Assembly (NCBI GenBank): GCA_010405405.1
Contig: MU004230.1
Location: 964,627 to 1,028,626 of the forward strand
Direction: 5' to 3'
From: Microthyrium microscopicum
Taxonomy: Eukaryota
DNA: 64,000 bases
Part shown: one piece after another, positions 38,938 to 51,554 of the stretch
How the letters are laid out: each line of letters starts with the position of its first letter
Numbering within the stretch: the first letter of the stretch is position 1
Position numbers and translations under genes: made by a program
The notes under the pieces: model-generated
What the model was told of the DNA's origin: nothing
The model's input: the letters and a program-made list of their open reading frames with translations, nothing else
The model's database searches: none

Positions 38938-40847
38938 CGCAGAAAGTTAAAATGGCCAAATAGCGGGCACCTCAAAAGATTCAAAGAAGGGTCACACACT
39001 CAGTGTGCGGACAGGCCACCACTGGTGATATCCAGCTAGTAGCGCTGCTTGACCTGGCAGGCAAAAACTTCCATTAGTCTAGCACCCAGGCAGTGGCCTT
39101 GGCCGGAAGGTTCGTCCTCCTGCTAACCAGACAATAGACACCGGAGGAATAATTGTGCCCCACTCGACGAAGCCTTCACCAATGGAGAGGCTTACGGAAG
39201 AGGAGACTTGGAAGGAAGAATGGATTATGGAGCCTTTGCGGGGACTGTATGAGGCTTATTGACAGCCTCAAGCTGAGCGATTGACCTAGTGTGCCTTGTA
39301 AGACCAGAATGGCAGTGAAATTGAAGAGCTTTGCTGGAATTCTGTGGCCGTTCGGCAGCTGATTATGGTATTCCCCTCAGCTGTTCAATAGTATGCTACA
39401 TAAACACGAGCGGCGCAAGGAAACATGAAAGTAGTCATGTCAAGCTGTAGCAAGCGAAGCAAGATTGCTGTCTAAATGAGTCTTTACTTGTTTGTTGCTT
39501 CAGACCACGGTTGGCTGAAATGATAGGAGTAGACTCCTTGCAGAAATGATACATCGGTAGGTGTCATGATCAACACGAAGCACGATGACCAAGTATCAAA
39601 TCTTCATGTATGAAGGGAGCTTTATTGGGATCCTTTCTGGCTTTTGATGGTGCAATATCATATGCAGCTGCAGCAAGTCGCCACAACGGCAGTAACGTGG
39701 GTGGTACGACACAGACACCCAGCGACACTTGGGTCTGGGGCCACCCGCTTGTGCAATATTATGACCTTTCTTAGCTCCCAGTACAGTCATAGCATGAGCA
39801 TCAAGCTTCAATTTTCCAATTGACATCCATTCCATTAAGCACATGCAATGAAAGTGCCCAGTGACTGTGGTGATGTTGATGAGAGCAAAATGCATATATA
39901 TCCACTCAAACATAAGGACAACAATTCTCCGCCGTACAAAGGAACACATATGATTCCTTAGATTGGAATAAATCCTGGTAAGCATTTGTATTGTTGGTTC
40001 AGGCAGTAATGTGGCAATTTATTCGTCCCGAGCTGTTGGAGTCGTAACTAGCTGGAAACACTGCGTATTATTCGCCCACTTTTCTATGGATACTTACGGG
40101 AAGCATATTTGGAAGACGGCAAAAACCTCCAAGCAGCCTGTGAAAGTATTGGAACGGCTGGAGGAGCAACGCAAATGAATATATTGAGAACACTTTCTGT
40201 GATGAGGCCAGGAAGTCAGGCACCAAGTCATGCAACCAATAGTTGAGGGCTAGAATATGCAGTTTTTGGTAGCTTAATATATTTTGAGACTGGCTCTGGA
40301 ATAATACTGAGTTAACGAACCACAGTTTGTACAATAGGTTGTGTTCTGAGAACTTTCAATACTGTATACTGTTTGCAATCAAGGAGCAGTTTTCAATCAA
40401 GTTCTCATACTGATCGCTCATTCGCTGATCTCCAATCCTTTTTTAGTTCTGCGAATCTTTGAAATGCCAATATAATGGTTTACTTTACATTTCACCATAC
40501 TTTGACTTCTGGACCTGGAAAGCTGTTCCAGCTTCAACTGTGGTAGCGCACGTTTCCCAAAACCATAGACAGCCTTGTCAAGACCATAGACAAGGCTGTC
40601 CATTCTATTTTTAGAACACACTCCCAACGACAATCCAGACCTGACTGTCCACCGCCTTCCATCAAGACCAATCTAATGCACAGCTCGACCAGTTATGGAG
40701 ATGAATACGAGTAAAATTTATCGTAGCGAGCCAGAATAATTATCCAAGAACAAATACGCTGCTCGTCCACCAGTTTACTCACCCGCCATTCATATCACCG
40801 TTGCCGTCTTCGTTAAATGCCAAAACCACCAACTGTATACCGCTCAT

Positions 40848-43800
40848 TCAAAGTTCCGCTTTCCCTTCCGCGAGACTACTTGACTCTCTGCCCTTTTTCT
40901 CTCGTAGCGCGTCTTCCAAGACACCCAACTTCTCTTTTGTGATCCGTATTGCTTCGCCTACTTGCTGCTCGCCCATCTTGTCTAGCTGGTCAAACATCCT
41001 TAACGGCTCGACTTTCTTGACACTTCCACTGCTTGGCGCGTGGCCCATCCAGGCACGCTCGCCGACGCGCTCTTCTAGCCATTGCCAGAGTTCAGCTTCT
41101 TCTGCGCGCCACATTTCTTCGTAGGCGGCGATGCGGTGGGCGGGTAGGACACCGTAGTCACCACGAGGAGTGCGGCCGCGCCAGAGTACGATTAGGAGCA
41201 GGATGCCAAGGAGACCAGCGAGTAGACCTTGTGGAAGCGATGTAAGGATTTCGAAGGCACCCCCGGAGCTGCTAGAGGTGGCGGCGGAAGCTGGGGTGGG
41301 GCTGCTGGACGAGTCGAGAGCGCCATCTGCGGTGCCCTTGCGGCGACGGACACCACCCTTGGCTCGACTTTTGCCTGATCTGTTGGTGGCGGATTTGGTA
41401 ACAGCGGCACGGAGGGCGGCGGCCAGATCTTTGGCGTATTGGGTTTGGCCATCGCGAGCACCGTTCTCGATGGGTCCTGTGGAGAATTAGCATCGAGTGG
41501 CGAGAGGAGACATCCCAATAGTACGAACCTTTGATCCAGCTCTTGCCAGACCATTCGATAACATAAGTCATGACAAGTCTGGTTGAGTTGCTTGGTCCCC
41601 ACATCAGGCAGTAGCGAGTCTTGACTACAAATACGTTACCACTCGGAACGTCGGGATTTTGCGTGGAACACATGACAGTGACGGCCTTTTCCAGGTCGAA
41701 CTGTTCCATGGTGGCATTAATTATGCACCGTGTCTGCTTGGGGCCAATAGAACCACCAAGTGGTTTTACATATTGGTAGGCCAGTTCCTTGTGCGCCCCA
41801 TCCATTCCTCGCCGGTCGTCTTCCAGCTGCAGATCATAGCATTTTTGTTCTTCAGTAAGCCATTTGCGCATGAAATTCCCGCTCATAGGACCAAACATCA
41901 AGCTGTATACTTTGCCGAGGGGCGCAGGGATGGTTGCGTCCAAAAGTGGTTTCTCGCAATGGCTAGCCTGGTCGCCACAATCTGTGGGATCGTGGGCGGC
42001 CGGTCCGGGATAATCTGCAAGTGTTGATCCACCTGAGACGGCCGCCTCTGCTGCTTCGCTTTGTTTACTGCTACTTGCAGCAAGTGCAGACCCAACTTGT
42101 GCAGAAACCTTGCGACCCAGCACAGCTCTACTGGTTGCATCGGCAGGTTCCACTGGCACAGCACCAGACTGTGCGTAACCATCATCATGAGCTTCAACAA
42201 AAGAATCGCTTCGGTCATCATCGTCGTCGTGATCATCATCATCGTCATCTTCCAAGTCTTCATCATAAATTTCTTCTGACGCACTTTCGTCATCAGCTAC
42301 AGAGCCAGCTTTCTCTGTTTTATCTCCCGTGCCTGGCCCATCGATAAGATTCCCATTTATTGATGAGCGGAGATTTGGCTGAGATGTCCGCCAGATAGAG
42401 ACGATTAGTTCGTAAGTCGAGTCGCGATTTAATAGAGATGCAAAGGAGTTTCGGGCGTGCAGGGTTTGAACGACAATACCATTCTGGAAAATCATGGCGG
42501 TACTTTTCTTTTCGACTGATATAACTTCATCAAAGCTCATGACAAGTGTGTTGACAAATCCAATAATGTTACTGTAGAAACAAATATGTCCTTCAGAAAC
42601 ATAGATACGGCCTTGAAGCAAAATGTCTTTTTGCAGCGCTGCTGAATAATCTTCAATAAGAAGATCATCTTCTGGGACACTCTTGAAAAGATTGTGAAAG
42701 TCCTTGTTCCGTTTGATTGGAGCAGGTGCCCAGTTTGTAGGTCGCGCAACGAGGCCAGGCGGAGCGAGGCCAGATTGTGTATTTGCGGAGCTTCCACGCG
42801 TTCGACGCCTTCGGCCAGCGCTGATCTTGCTTCTAACACTTCCAGCTCGTTTTATACTCGCGCTTTCCGGCTCTATTGACTGACGTATAGGACTATTTTC
42901 ATCGCCAGCACCATTTCGGATCAGCTCGGGGCTGGGCTGCTTTTCACCGTTGGTCTTATCAACAGTGTATGCTTTCGACACTGCTCGTGACGCAGCGGTA
43001 TCGTCTCGTTTTGCAGATGCCTCATCCGCCTCGGCATTGGCACCATTGGGAGTGACCTCGACTAGATTGACTCTTGAAGACATTGGGCTGATGTTGTCTT
43101 TATCCAATATTCCTAAATGGCTCAGGCTGAGATTACCAGATCCAAGAGTATCAACAGCAGGTTTGCGCTCTGGGGCAGTTTCAAAGTTGACGTCTTTTGA
43201 GAATGGGGTTATAACCTCCTCTCCACCAGCGCCTGAAGCGTCGAGGTGCTCAGAAGAATCAGCGATAGACTTGGACTTTTGCGAGGGCCCAACAGAGATT
43301 GAGTTAGAAAGTGAGTTTGCGGCGTTTTGGGCTGCAGAAAGAACGCTCGAGAAGAATCCCTGGCCAGGTACGTTATCAGAAGCCGGAAATTCTTCAGCTG
43401 GCGTAATAGGCCGACTTATCGATTGTGAAAGCTTGCTGGGCGCAAGTGCCGATCTTGTTCGTCGATGTCCGGCTGCTTCGACTATAGAGACCGCGGGTTG
43501 ACTTTTGGGGGGCGCAGGTGATTGTGCACGCTTTGCTTGAGCTATTTCCGATCCCGACTCTGCGTCAGACTCGACGGGTGTAGGGGGAGTTACAAAAGTC
43601 GTCGGACCATTAGCTGTGCGTGGAGGTGTTGCAGGCGTTGTCAGAATAGGTTTGGGCGCGAATTTCTTTGGTGAGGGTGTTTTCTCTCCTGGTTCTTGTA
43701 CAAGCGGCAAATCGTCTAGTAGGCGAACCGGGGTATCAAATGTTGTAGGTCCTTTCGAATCACTTTCTTTCCGAGATCTACCAGCAAATATTTTCCCAAT

Positions 43801-45297
43801 GCCGCGCTGCTCCGCGCCTACTCCACCAGGCTTCGTCCCCTCGGCGTCACCGCCAATCGCTGAAGTATTTGTGCCACGCTTAGAAGGAACAAATGCTTCT
43901 CTGAGTCTACCAACCGGCGAAGGACTTCGTCGGGCGGAAGGGGGAGGAGTACTGAGGGTATCGGCTTTGGTCGGTATGTTTGCGGCTTTTATGGAAGATG
44001 GCTCAACCAAGGATGGCGAGGTGTCAATTGTGGCAGCACGTATTCTCGGGGAAGAAAGAGTCAAGAAACCGGTGTGAGATTGATGGGGAGAAAGTGAAGG
44101 TCTTGTGAGGCTGAAATTCACCAATTAGAAAAAGCAGCAAGGGAGATTGAGCTGACGAAACAGGGAGTATGGGGAATGAATGGAGAATTGAAAGGGTAAG
44201 ATTGTCAAAAAAAGCAGCTGAAAATAGCAATTGAAGTATGTGAAAAGACGAGAGGCTTTGGGGAGAAGTAGAGAAGGATTTTGGGATGAGTTGAATGTTG
44301 CAGGTGGGAGAGCGAATCCGTCTCTTTGTTTCCCTGGAGGTTTGGAGGTCTGGAGTTGAGAGATGGTGATCTTCGGCAAGGACCTGCTTACAGGGAGCTG
44401 AGCACGCTGGGCTCACAGGCTTGTGGGCCCACACGCCGGTCAACTTCGTGTGTGGTCCATGGAATCTGGGGGCTGGGGCTATACAGTGGACCATGTGGCT
44501 AGCCGACGTATCTTCGGATGCTTGATTGGATGAAAAGCCAAGACTAAACTGTCTGGCCCCTTTTCTTTTGCTTGGCTCGCGCCCTGGTGAGCACTGAGCA
44601 TGCATCAAGACTCAAGCAGAGAGCTCAGAGCGGTTCCTTCAGCTGTGAATTGCCCTGCCTACTGCCCACTGCCCACTGCCCAGAGGTTGGAAACACCAAC
44701 AACAATAACAACAAAGAGCTGAAAGCCAGAGACATAATCATTGCTGAATGATCATATCCAAGCTCATCTCTTGCTATCATCAATCATAGCGGGGTTATGC
44801 CATCTGATGTCTTGTGCCCAGAATAAAAGTCAAATTGTTGTTTGCAACTTTTAAAAAGTTTCAACAGCATCAAAATCTCGGTCCGACATGCGCTGTGGTC
44901 CATGTGTTGTTCGTACGTGCAGGGCAATCCTCGTTGGTTTCTTGCGACCGACTTTGGGGGAAACAGTTCACGAAACGTACCTTTCATCGTCTTCTTCCTC
45001 TTCTAGCCCATCATCGCCCACTGTAATGACATTTTCCGGTTCGACAAGGTCGTCGTCGAGATTCAACTTAATATCACTTTGGTTATGGTCTGGCTGAGCA
45101 GCCCGGATAGGAGGCGGAGGCGATTCATTCTTGGAACGTCGTAGTGAGTCTCGTATTGAGTCAGGAATTAATCTTGACAACCGATCGCGACCACGGTGGA
45201 GTTTGCTTGAAGTGCTCGCAGCGCTGTCAATGGATGAGCGGCGACTTCTCACGGATAACTGGGATGTCGAAACGCTTTGCAGGGACTTTGGATCCAT
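40848..45297 (-). CDS. LAM/Ltc-family (Ysp2/Lam4-like) sterol transfer protein: GRAM + VASt + C-terminal TM
   Basis: GRAM: KRNKDFHNLFKSVPEDD.LIEDYSAALQKDILLQGRIYVS. VASt: YVKPLGGSIGPKQTRC...NPDVPSGNVFVVKTRY...IEWSGKSWIKGPIE. TM then EEMWRAEEAELWQWLEER. Introns 44111-44980 and about 41478-41528. Confidence 0.92.
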
Positions 45298-45450
45298 GGT
45301 TCCGGAGTCGGTTACCAGTAGGGTTGTACTTGTAGGAAGTTAGGTGAGAGACCCAAACATGTTGGAAAAGAGGATGCGCTCGGAGACTGAGCGAAGAACA
45401 AAGCGGCTGAAGATGGCGCTGATTGATACTCTCATAGCAGATAGATACCG

Positions 45451-45490
45451 ATGATATGGTGATACGGCAGATGATATGGTGATACGGCAG
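45451..45490. repeat. Perfect 20-bp tandem duplication ATGATATGGTGATACGGCAG x2
   Basis: Read directly; lies in the LAM/Atg38-like divergent intergenic region. Confidence 0.95.
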
Positions 45491-45881
45491 CCGTTAACCA
45501 AGCAGGTTAAACGATGCGGTCCCAAACTATTTCAGCCGCAGCGTCATAGGGATAACCTTGCCTGTTTTGTACATTTTGTTAGAGTAGTCTACAACATTGA
45601 AGTACATAGATTTAGCCAGACTAGGCAAGCAGCCTGCACACCTCAAAGCTGGGGAAAAGCTAAAGTACAGACCCGCGCCCGCCAGAACAGAACGTTTGTA
45701 CTTGACCCCCCTCCATAAGCGCGCGCTTGAGCGCCCCACCCCTGTTCTAGCGTCACAAGCGCCACCTTCGTGATGCATTCGTGATGAGTAACTCCATGTT
45801 CTTTACCCAACAGTCCGTAACCTACACCTATTCATCCTATGACCATCTTCCTATATATACAGTTGTATCCTCATACTCCCC

Positions 45882-47349
45882 ATGGAGGATACTGCCTTGG
45901 GCCAGGTTTGTCTCCCAAATACTCTCCTGGCTTTGCTGACCAGCCCAGGCATATGATCATGCCAAAAACGCCATCGTCTACCGCGACAAAGGAAGTCTAA
46001 ATGCCGCCCGCGACTCTCACGAACAAGCCGCTGGGAGCTTTGCGAATGCTGCGGATGGCACCGAAGATTTTGAGGCAGTAAGACTATTGACTCTACTTCA
46101 AGAGCACCACAAGCAGCTTGCGAAAGCCATCTCCAGCACCAAACCCGGCAAATCGTCCTCCGTCCAAGCTAGCACAAAACCTGAAAAGGATTTGTCAAAG
46201 CCCACAGAAGATGCCCCGATACTACAAGAGACAGAAAAGACACCAGCGCATATAAGCAAGACAAACCCCGCATTAGCCAAGTTAGCTATCCGTGGGCCGC
46301 GACGAGATCTTACATCGTCCATCGCAAGCAATCTCGCAACCGCCAGAGGAAGGCCCCCAAGCCAACGTCGATCCACCCCTCTCCCTCCCGATGTCACAGC
46401 CCAACATGCAGGAGGAAAGTTGTCCTCCCGTGCAGAACGGCCCACGGGCATGCGAAGAACCTCGTCCAGTCAATCCTCTTCATCAGCAGCAGGCATCAGT
46501 GGTAGCAAGTTCTCTACATTTTATAATTCTATACAAGGGTGGATACCCATGCAGCTAGCCTTTGCCGGTCTCCCTTTGACTATTGAGGAAGAAACGGAAG
46601 CCGCACAGCCAGTTCAAGCACCGAAAGACAAGGCCCATAAACGCGGATCCAGCCGTGCGACCGCCGAACATGACTATTCGGCTCTGTTCTCTTCTTCCAC
46701 CATCCGTGCTCTGCGCGAAGATGCTGGTGCCGCTTTCGCTGGCCACGAGTCTTTTTACGTCGTCCCCACCTCCGGCGGTACACGCTCCTACGCCGGAATC
46801 GTATCCGGTCGAGAAGAAGAGATGCTTGCGGAAGAAGAAGGCGAAGAGTTTGTCGATGCCCGTGAGTCCGTTGGCCCACCGTCTCCGAAAACTTCCCGCG
46901 GCAGCCAACATTTACGCCGCTCAAAAGTCCCACAGGCAATTCAACAGCTCAGCACTACGGGCAAGACCATGGAAGAGCTTGAACTCGAAAATGTCGCACT
47001 GCGTCAATTGCTAGACCAGCAAAGCCGACGGCTGCAGATGTGGGAGGCCTCATCGCAAAGCCAGTCCATGGCATTGGCGCAAAGCATGCGACTCGGGCGC
47101 AAGCCTGGTACGGTGGAGCCAGTGCATATGACCAGCGAGTCGGAGCGTGTTCGTGATCTCGAAGATGACCTGGTGGCAGAGCGTACACAGCGTGAAGCAT
47201 TGGAGCATCAGGGCTCCAAGAAGGACCGTGAAATCGAGAAACTGCTGATTGTGGTTGGCAAGTATCGCGCTAAGTGGGATATGCTCAAGGAGAGCGCCCG
47301 CCAGCGCGAACGGAATAAGGCGGCTAGGGCGGCAGAGGAAGGAGCTTAG
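45882..47349 (+). CDS. MIT-like N-terminal domain plus C-terminal coiled-coil protein (Atg38/NRBF2-like)
   Basis: ATG 45882, intron 45906-45948. LGQAYDHAKNA...ARDSHEQAAGSFANAA...EAVRLLTLLQEHHKQLA is a three-helix MIT-like unit. Also ESFYVVP and TMEELELENVALRQLLD coiled coil. Confidence 0.7.
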
Positions 47350-47550
47350 TCGATATGTCATATTGGTGTGTATTGTGGAATATGAGCTTCTTTAATATAT
47401 TGCTGCTGACTACTGGAACGAGTTCCTATCACGTAGACTACGAATAGAAGGGTTTTGTAAAATGTTGCTAGGCACGTGGCCAGTATCTTTCTCGAACTAC
47501 TGGCCCCTAGTGTCTCATCAGTTGAAATGGTAACAACTCTGACGCATCCA

Positions 47551-50212
47551 TCAACCACTAGGCCCTGCACAAGGCTGGATAGGAGCAAACATGCCATGAT
47601 ATTCCACGATGAAATCAAGTGCCTCTCCATACTGTCGTTTAAATTCATCCGGCGTCTTGATCCACGATAGATGAGTTACAGTACTAGGACAAAGGTTTGA
47701 GCTAGAGGGTCTGTGCACCCCCCAGGTATCCCAAATTACCATTTTGGTTATTAGCAATTTACTAAGTAACCATAATGGTTATCTAGACGGTTTTGGGATC
47801 AAATTGAAGCTAAAAATTAGGCCGTTTTAGCCTATATTGAGATTTGGTGAAGTTGTAGTTCTAGTACTTAGTATGCTACCCGTTGGCGTTAATTACTACC
47901 TAGCACTTAGCTTACATACTCTTAATATAATTTAAAATCCTATCTTCCTTTAGGCAATCCTATATGTCTAAAATATATTCCTTAAAGTAGGTAATATCTA
48001 TGGCTAAAGATCCTTAGTGTCTATTAAGTTCTAAATATCATAAATATAGCTATTCTTTGAGTTAAGTCTAGACGTGTTTAATTAGGTTTAAATTAGGTAA
48101 GATAGGTAGCTATTAAAGAGTTATAACTCTATAATCTCTAAACTAATTTTGAATAAGGTAAGCTATATAAATAGAGGTATTATCCTATTAGTAAATTATA
48201 TTATCCTAATAGTAAGGAAGGTAGTTCTTATTAAGAACTTTAAAATAAGAATGAGTAGAATATCTATTTCTTGCTAAATCTAGGTCCCTATCTATAACTA
48301 CTATTTCTATTCTTTTAAGGTATAAATTAATAGCGGCTTATATTATAATTAAAATGTTCTTTTCTTTAGAATACGTCTAAATATAATTTAGAAGCTATTT
48401 TTAGTATAGTTGTTAAAAAACTTAAGTTCGTTATTTACTCTTTCTTCGTTTAATAGAATACTTATTACTAAACTAAACTTATAACTACTCTAAGAGCGAC
48501 TATAATATATAATTCTTAGTAAATTGTAAGTATTTAGCAGTATACTCTTCTATTAACTTAGGACGTTCTTTTGCGCGCTATTTTTTAATATTTTAGACTG
48601 CTAAATTCTATTAGATTATCTTATAACTATAATTTAGATCTAAGTCCTTTATAAGCTACCTATAGGTTAATTTTAGGTAAGCCTTTATCTTTTTTATTAT
48701 ATAGCGTAAATCTCTATCTAATAAGGACTTATTATGGCCCTTTTTTAGCTTTATTAAACTATCTTCTAGTTATTAGCCGCAACGTAGTTTTGTTATTAAG
48801 ATTATTAATTCTAGGATGTTTAAGACGCGGGATATTTTAGAGAAACGGTAACTAAAATCCAGAACGCTATAAATCTTATTTTAAGTAGCATCTAAAAGCT
48901 GCTTTCGGCCTCTATTAGGAACACTAATTTCTAAGAGAATTCCCCTTGTTTAGCAAGGCATAGTTATGGATGAAGATAATAGATTAAAAACTAGGGACGC
49001 GTTTTGAAAGGGTGTGTGCACGGATCAGCTCAAACCTTTGTCCTGGAACTGTAACCCATTCGGCGGGTCGTCGTTATCAATTCTTTGGTCGATGGGGCAA
49101 TTCATTCCCAGTTCCGAAATGCCCATTAACTCCATGTCGAACAGCCTTGGTCTTCCTACGAAGTGGTTGAATTCAGCAAGCCCTTTCTGTGCTTTCCAAG
49201 GAAAAAGCTCATCGGCACCTGTGAAAACAAGGTACACTGGTATCTTCTTCCTGCAAATAGCCCGAACTGGATCCTTATGCAAAAACTGTTCCGTTTCGAT
49301 GGTCCTAAGTGCAGAGCGATTGAGTGACATCTTTCGTGGCTGGATGCTGACTCCACCGAATTCCATAGAAAAGGGGATGCTGCCTCCACAAAGTTCTTTG
49401 AGCTTCGCCTCTATTACACAGTTTGAAGAACCATCCACTTCACGCAAACTTTCGGAGTCGAAGTCCTGCTCGTAATCGAAGACTAGTCGAGCACTGGGGT
49501 CCAAGATGTTTTTATCATCAATTCTGGACTAGCTTTTGTTAGAACATGTTGCTCCATGACCATGGGAAAAAGTGCTCATGGACATATAGTTCCAACTTAT
49601 CAACCCAGTCCTTCTGCCATCGATATCCATTTCTTGCAAGTACTCGGACTTGTTTGAAGTTGATCGATGTGCCCCATCGACCATCTGTGTGAAATAGCCA
49701 GCCGCCCCAGCTGATCACACCCACTACCGGACACTTTGTCCAGTCATCCGCCCATTCAGCCTGCGTTATATCAGTATAAGAAATGCTCATGTGCTCTCAC
49801 GTTATCAAGATGGTATTGTGATGGCCGTTGAGTGTACGAAAGCCATCGAGACTTATTGGTTCATGTGATATTGTCTTTGGTTAGATAAGTTCTTTCTTAC
49901 AAAGCTTACCTCTGGATCAAGTAAGGCATTGAAACCAGGTAGAACCGAATATCCGACCAGCACGAGAATAACGTTGGCTTCTGCCAGTTTCATACTCTCT
50001 AGCTGATGCCCAAGTACTTGTCTGTCCGCTTCCTGAGGTACACTCATGGCGCCTTGTTCTAGACTTGGCAGAGTCAAGAACTTTATTCTCTTGGGCTTAT
50101 AATTCACATAGAAGCCAAAGCCACCAGGATAGTTGAGGAAGTTCTCGGCTGCAAAATGGGGCGGACCGACTACAAGGAGCTGATAGTCGGTTTCAAGAAA
50201 ATCGTACTTCAT
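47551..50212 (-). pseudogene. Divergent alpha/beta-hydrolase-like gene (copy B), interrupted by the Tc1 element
   Basis: Exons at about 49910-50212, 49584-49761 and 49052-49528, resuming at 47551-47676. Removing the element and one TA restores ...DDPPNGL|THLSWIKTPDEFKRQYGEALDFIV..., collinear with paralog A (NGLTHLAWLKSSEQFDNELYDALDHIV). Confidence 0.85.
47679..49051 (-). mobile_element. Tc1-family (DD34E) DNA transposon, full length (1,373 bp), RIP-inactivated
   Basis: 25-bp TIRs 47679-47703 and 49027-49051 (23/25 identical, start CAGT), flanked by TA on both sides. Very AT- and TpA-rich interior. Minus-strand transposase relics revert under RIP changes to WFSDECSIERG (about 48450-48480), QQDNAS (D at 48182-48184), WPPISPDLNPIEHVW (E at 48077-48079) and SM..C..VINANG.HTKY* (stop 47861-47863). 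Confidence 0.95.
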
Positions 50213-50567
50213 CCCGGAAAAGTTCCTCTGAAGATAAGGCGATCGTTAGCTTCACGGTACAGGGAACAATAACAACTGCAATGAGCGTTCTTTCGAGCAT
50301 GGTTGACGGATGAGTCGTTATTAATAGCTTATCATTTGGTGAGTTTGGCAATCCAGAATCTCAGTTTCAGGGGCTCATATGACTATACAACAACAAGCAA
50401 AATACTAATTATCCTCAGTGCGACATAACAAACAGCAAATGATGCTGATATACCTCATACCAACAGTCAGCTTCCGCTCATCCAAGTAGGCTGGATTCAG
50501 CAGGGTACAAACCTCTCATGACCTAATAGCAATCAAACGTCAGAAGAAAGTCTTGGTCCTTAGATAT

Positions 50568-51554
50568 TCACTTATTGTATCCAGGCACAATATGATCCAG
50601 AGCATCATACAGTTCGTTGTCAAACTGTTCGGATGATTTGAGCCAAGCAAGATGAGTCAAGCCATTGATGGGTGCTATGTCATCATTTCCATCAAAGACT
50701 TGATAGTTCGTGTTTAGTGTTGAATCGACTTTGCTCTTTTTGCCTATCAATCCATGCTTCAACGCAAGCTCTCGTTGCGCCTCCCAAGGGAAGAGCTCGT
50801 CCGCTCCAGTGAGAACTATTCGGGTGGGAAATTTCCTGGCGAGTTCTCCAAGCGTGGCTTTCTTCAGAAATTTTGCGTCTTCGACGTGAGCGCTTGCTCG
50901 CACAAGTTTCCAGTCCTGCTGGCCTGCCATGTGCCAAGCGGCTGCTGAGCTACCAAATAGTCCTTGGATCTTCGCGTCTTCCTTCTGTATGTCTTCAGAG
51001 AGGGTAGCTGTCGATTGGTTCAGCACTCTGAGCCTACCCATGGCCTCGACTGAAGACTACTTAAACGTTAGAACAGTCTCTACTTCTGCTTAGGAAAACG
51101 GGAAACTTACATATCGATCATTTTGTTCTACCCATTGCTTAGCCCATTGTGCCCCGTTTGCCTGGGCTCGAACGGCTTTGAAGTTGCTTGCAACGTCTGG
51201 GTGAAATAGCCAGCCGCCCCAAATGATAACGCCAGCCAGTAGTAAAGGATTCCGGCTGGTGGGGAGATCCAGTATTGCATTTACACCCGGGATGACTGCG
51301 TAGCCCATGAGGACGATGATTGCCCGTGTTCCTTTGGGTAGATTCCAAAGCTTGTCTTTTATGAAGCGACGGTCGTCCATTTCGTTCAAACTTCGGCCGC
51401 TACTTGTCAGCATATCGTTATCCAGGGTTGGAAGACACCAGTAGGTGGGTTGTTGGTCGTCAAAATGAAAGTAAGGATTCCCGCGAGGGTTCTCCAGGAA
51501 CCGTTGATTATGGAAGAGACTTCCACCAACTACTATGAGCTGATAGTCTGTCAT
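50568..51554 (-). CDS. Divergent alpha/beta-hydrolase-like protein (copy A, intact)
   Basis: MTDYQLIVVGG...IIVLMGYAVIPG...GVIIWGGWLFH; intron 51057-51110; PTRIVLTGADELFPWEAQ; GLTHLAWL...F...LDHI. Shares these blocks and the Y|S intron position with copy B. Confidence 0.75.

Noticed and set aside
44024..44608. 194-aa minus-strand ORF upstream of LAM exon 2
   Set aside because: Lies within the 870-nt intron, begins at a non-ATG codon, and reflects pyrimidine-rich composition.
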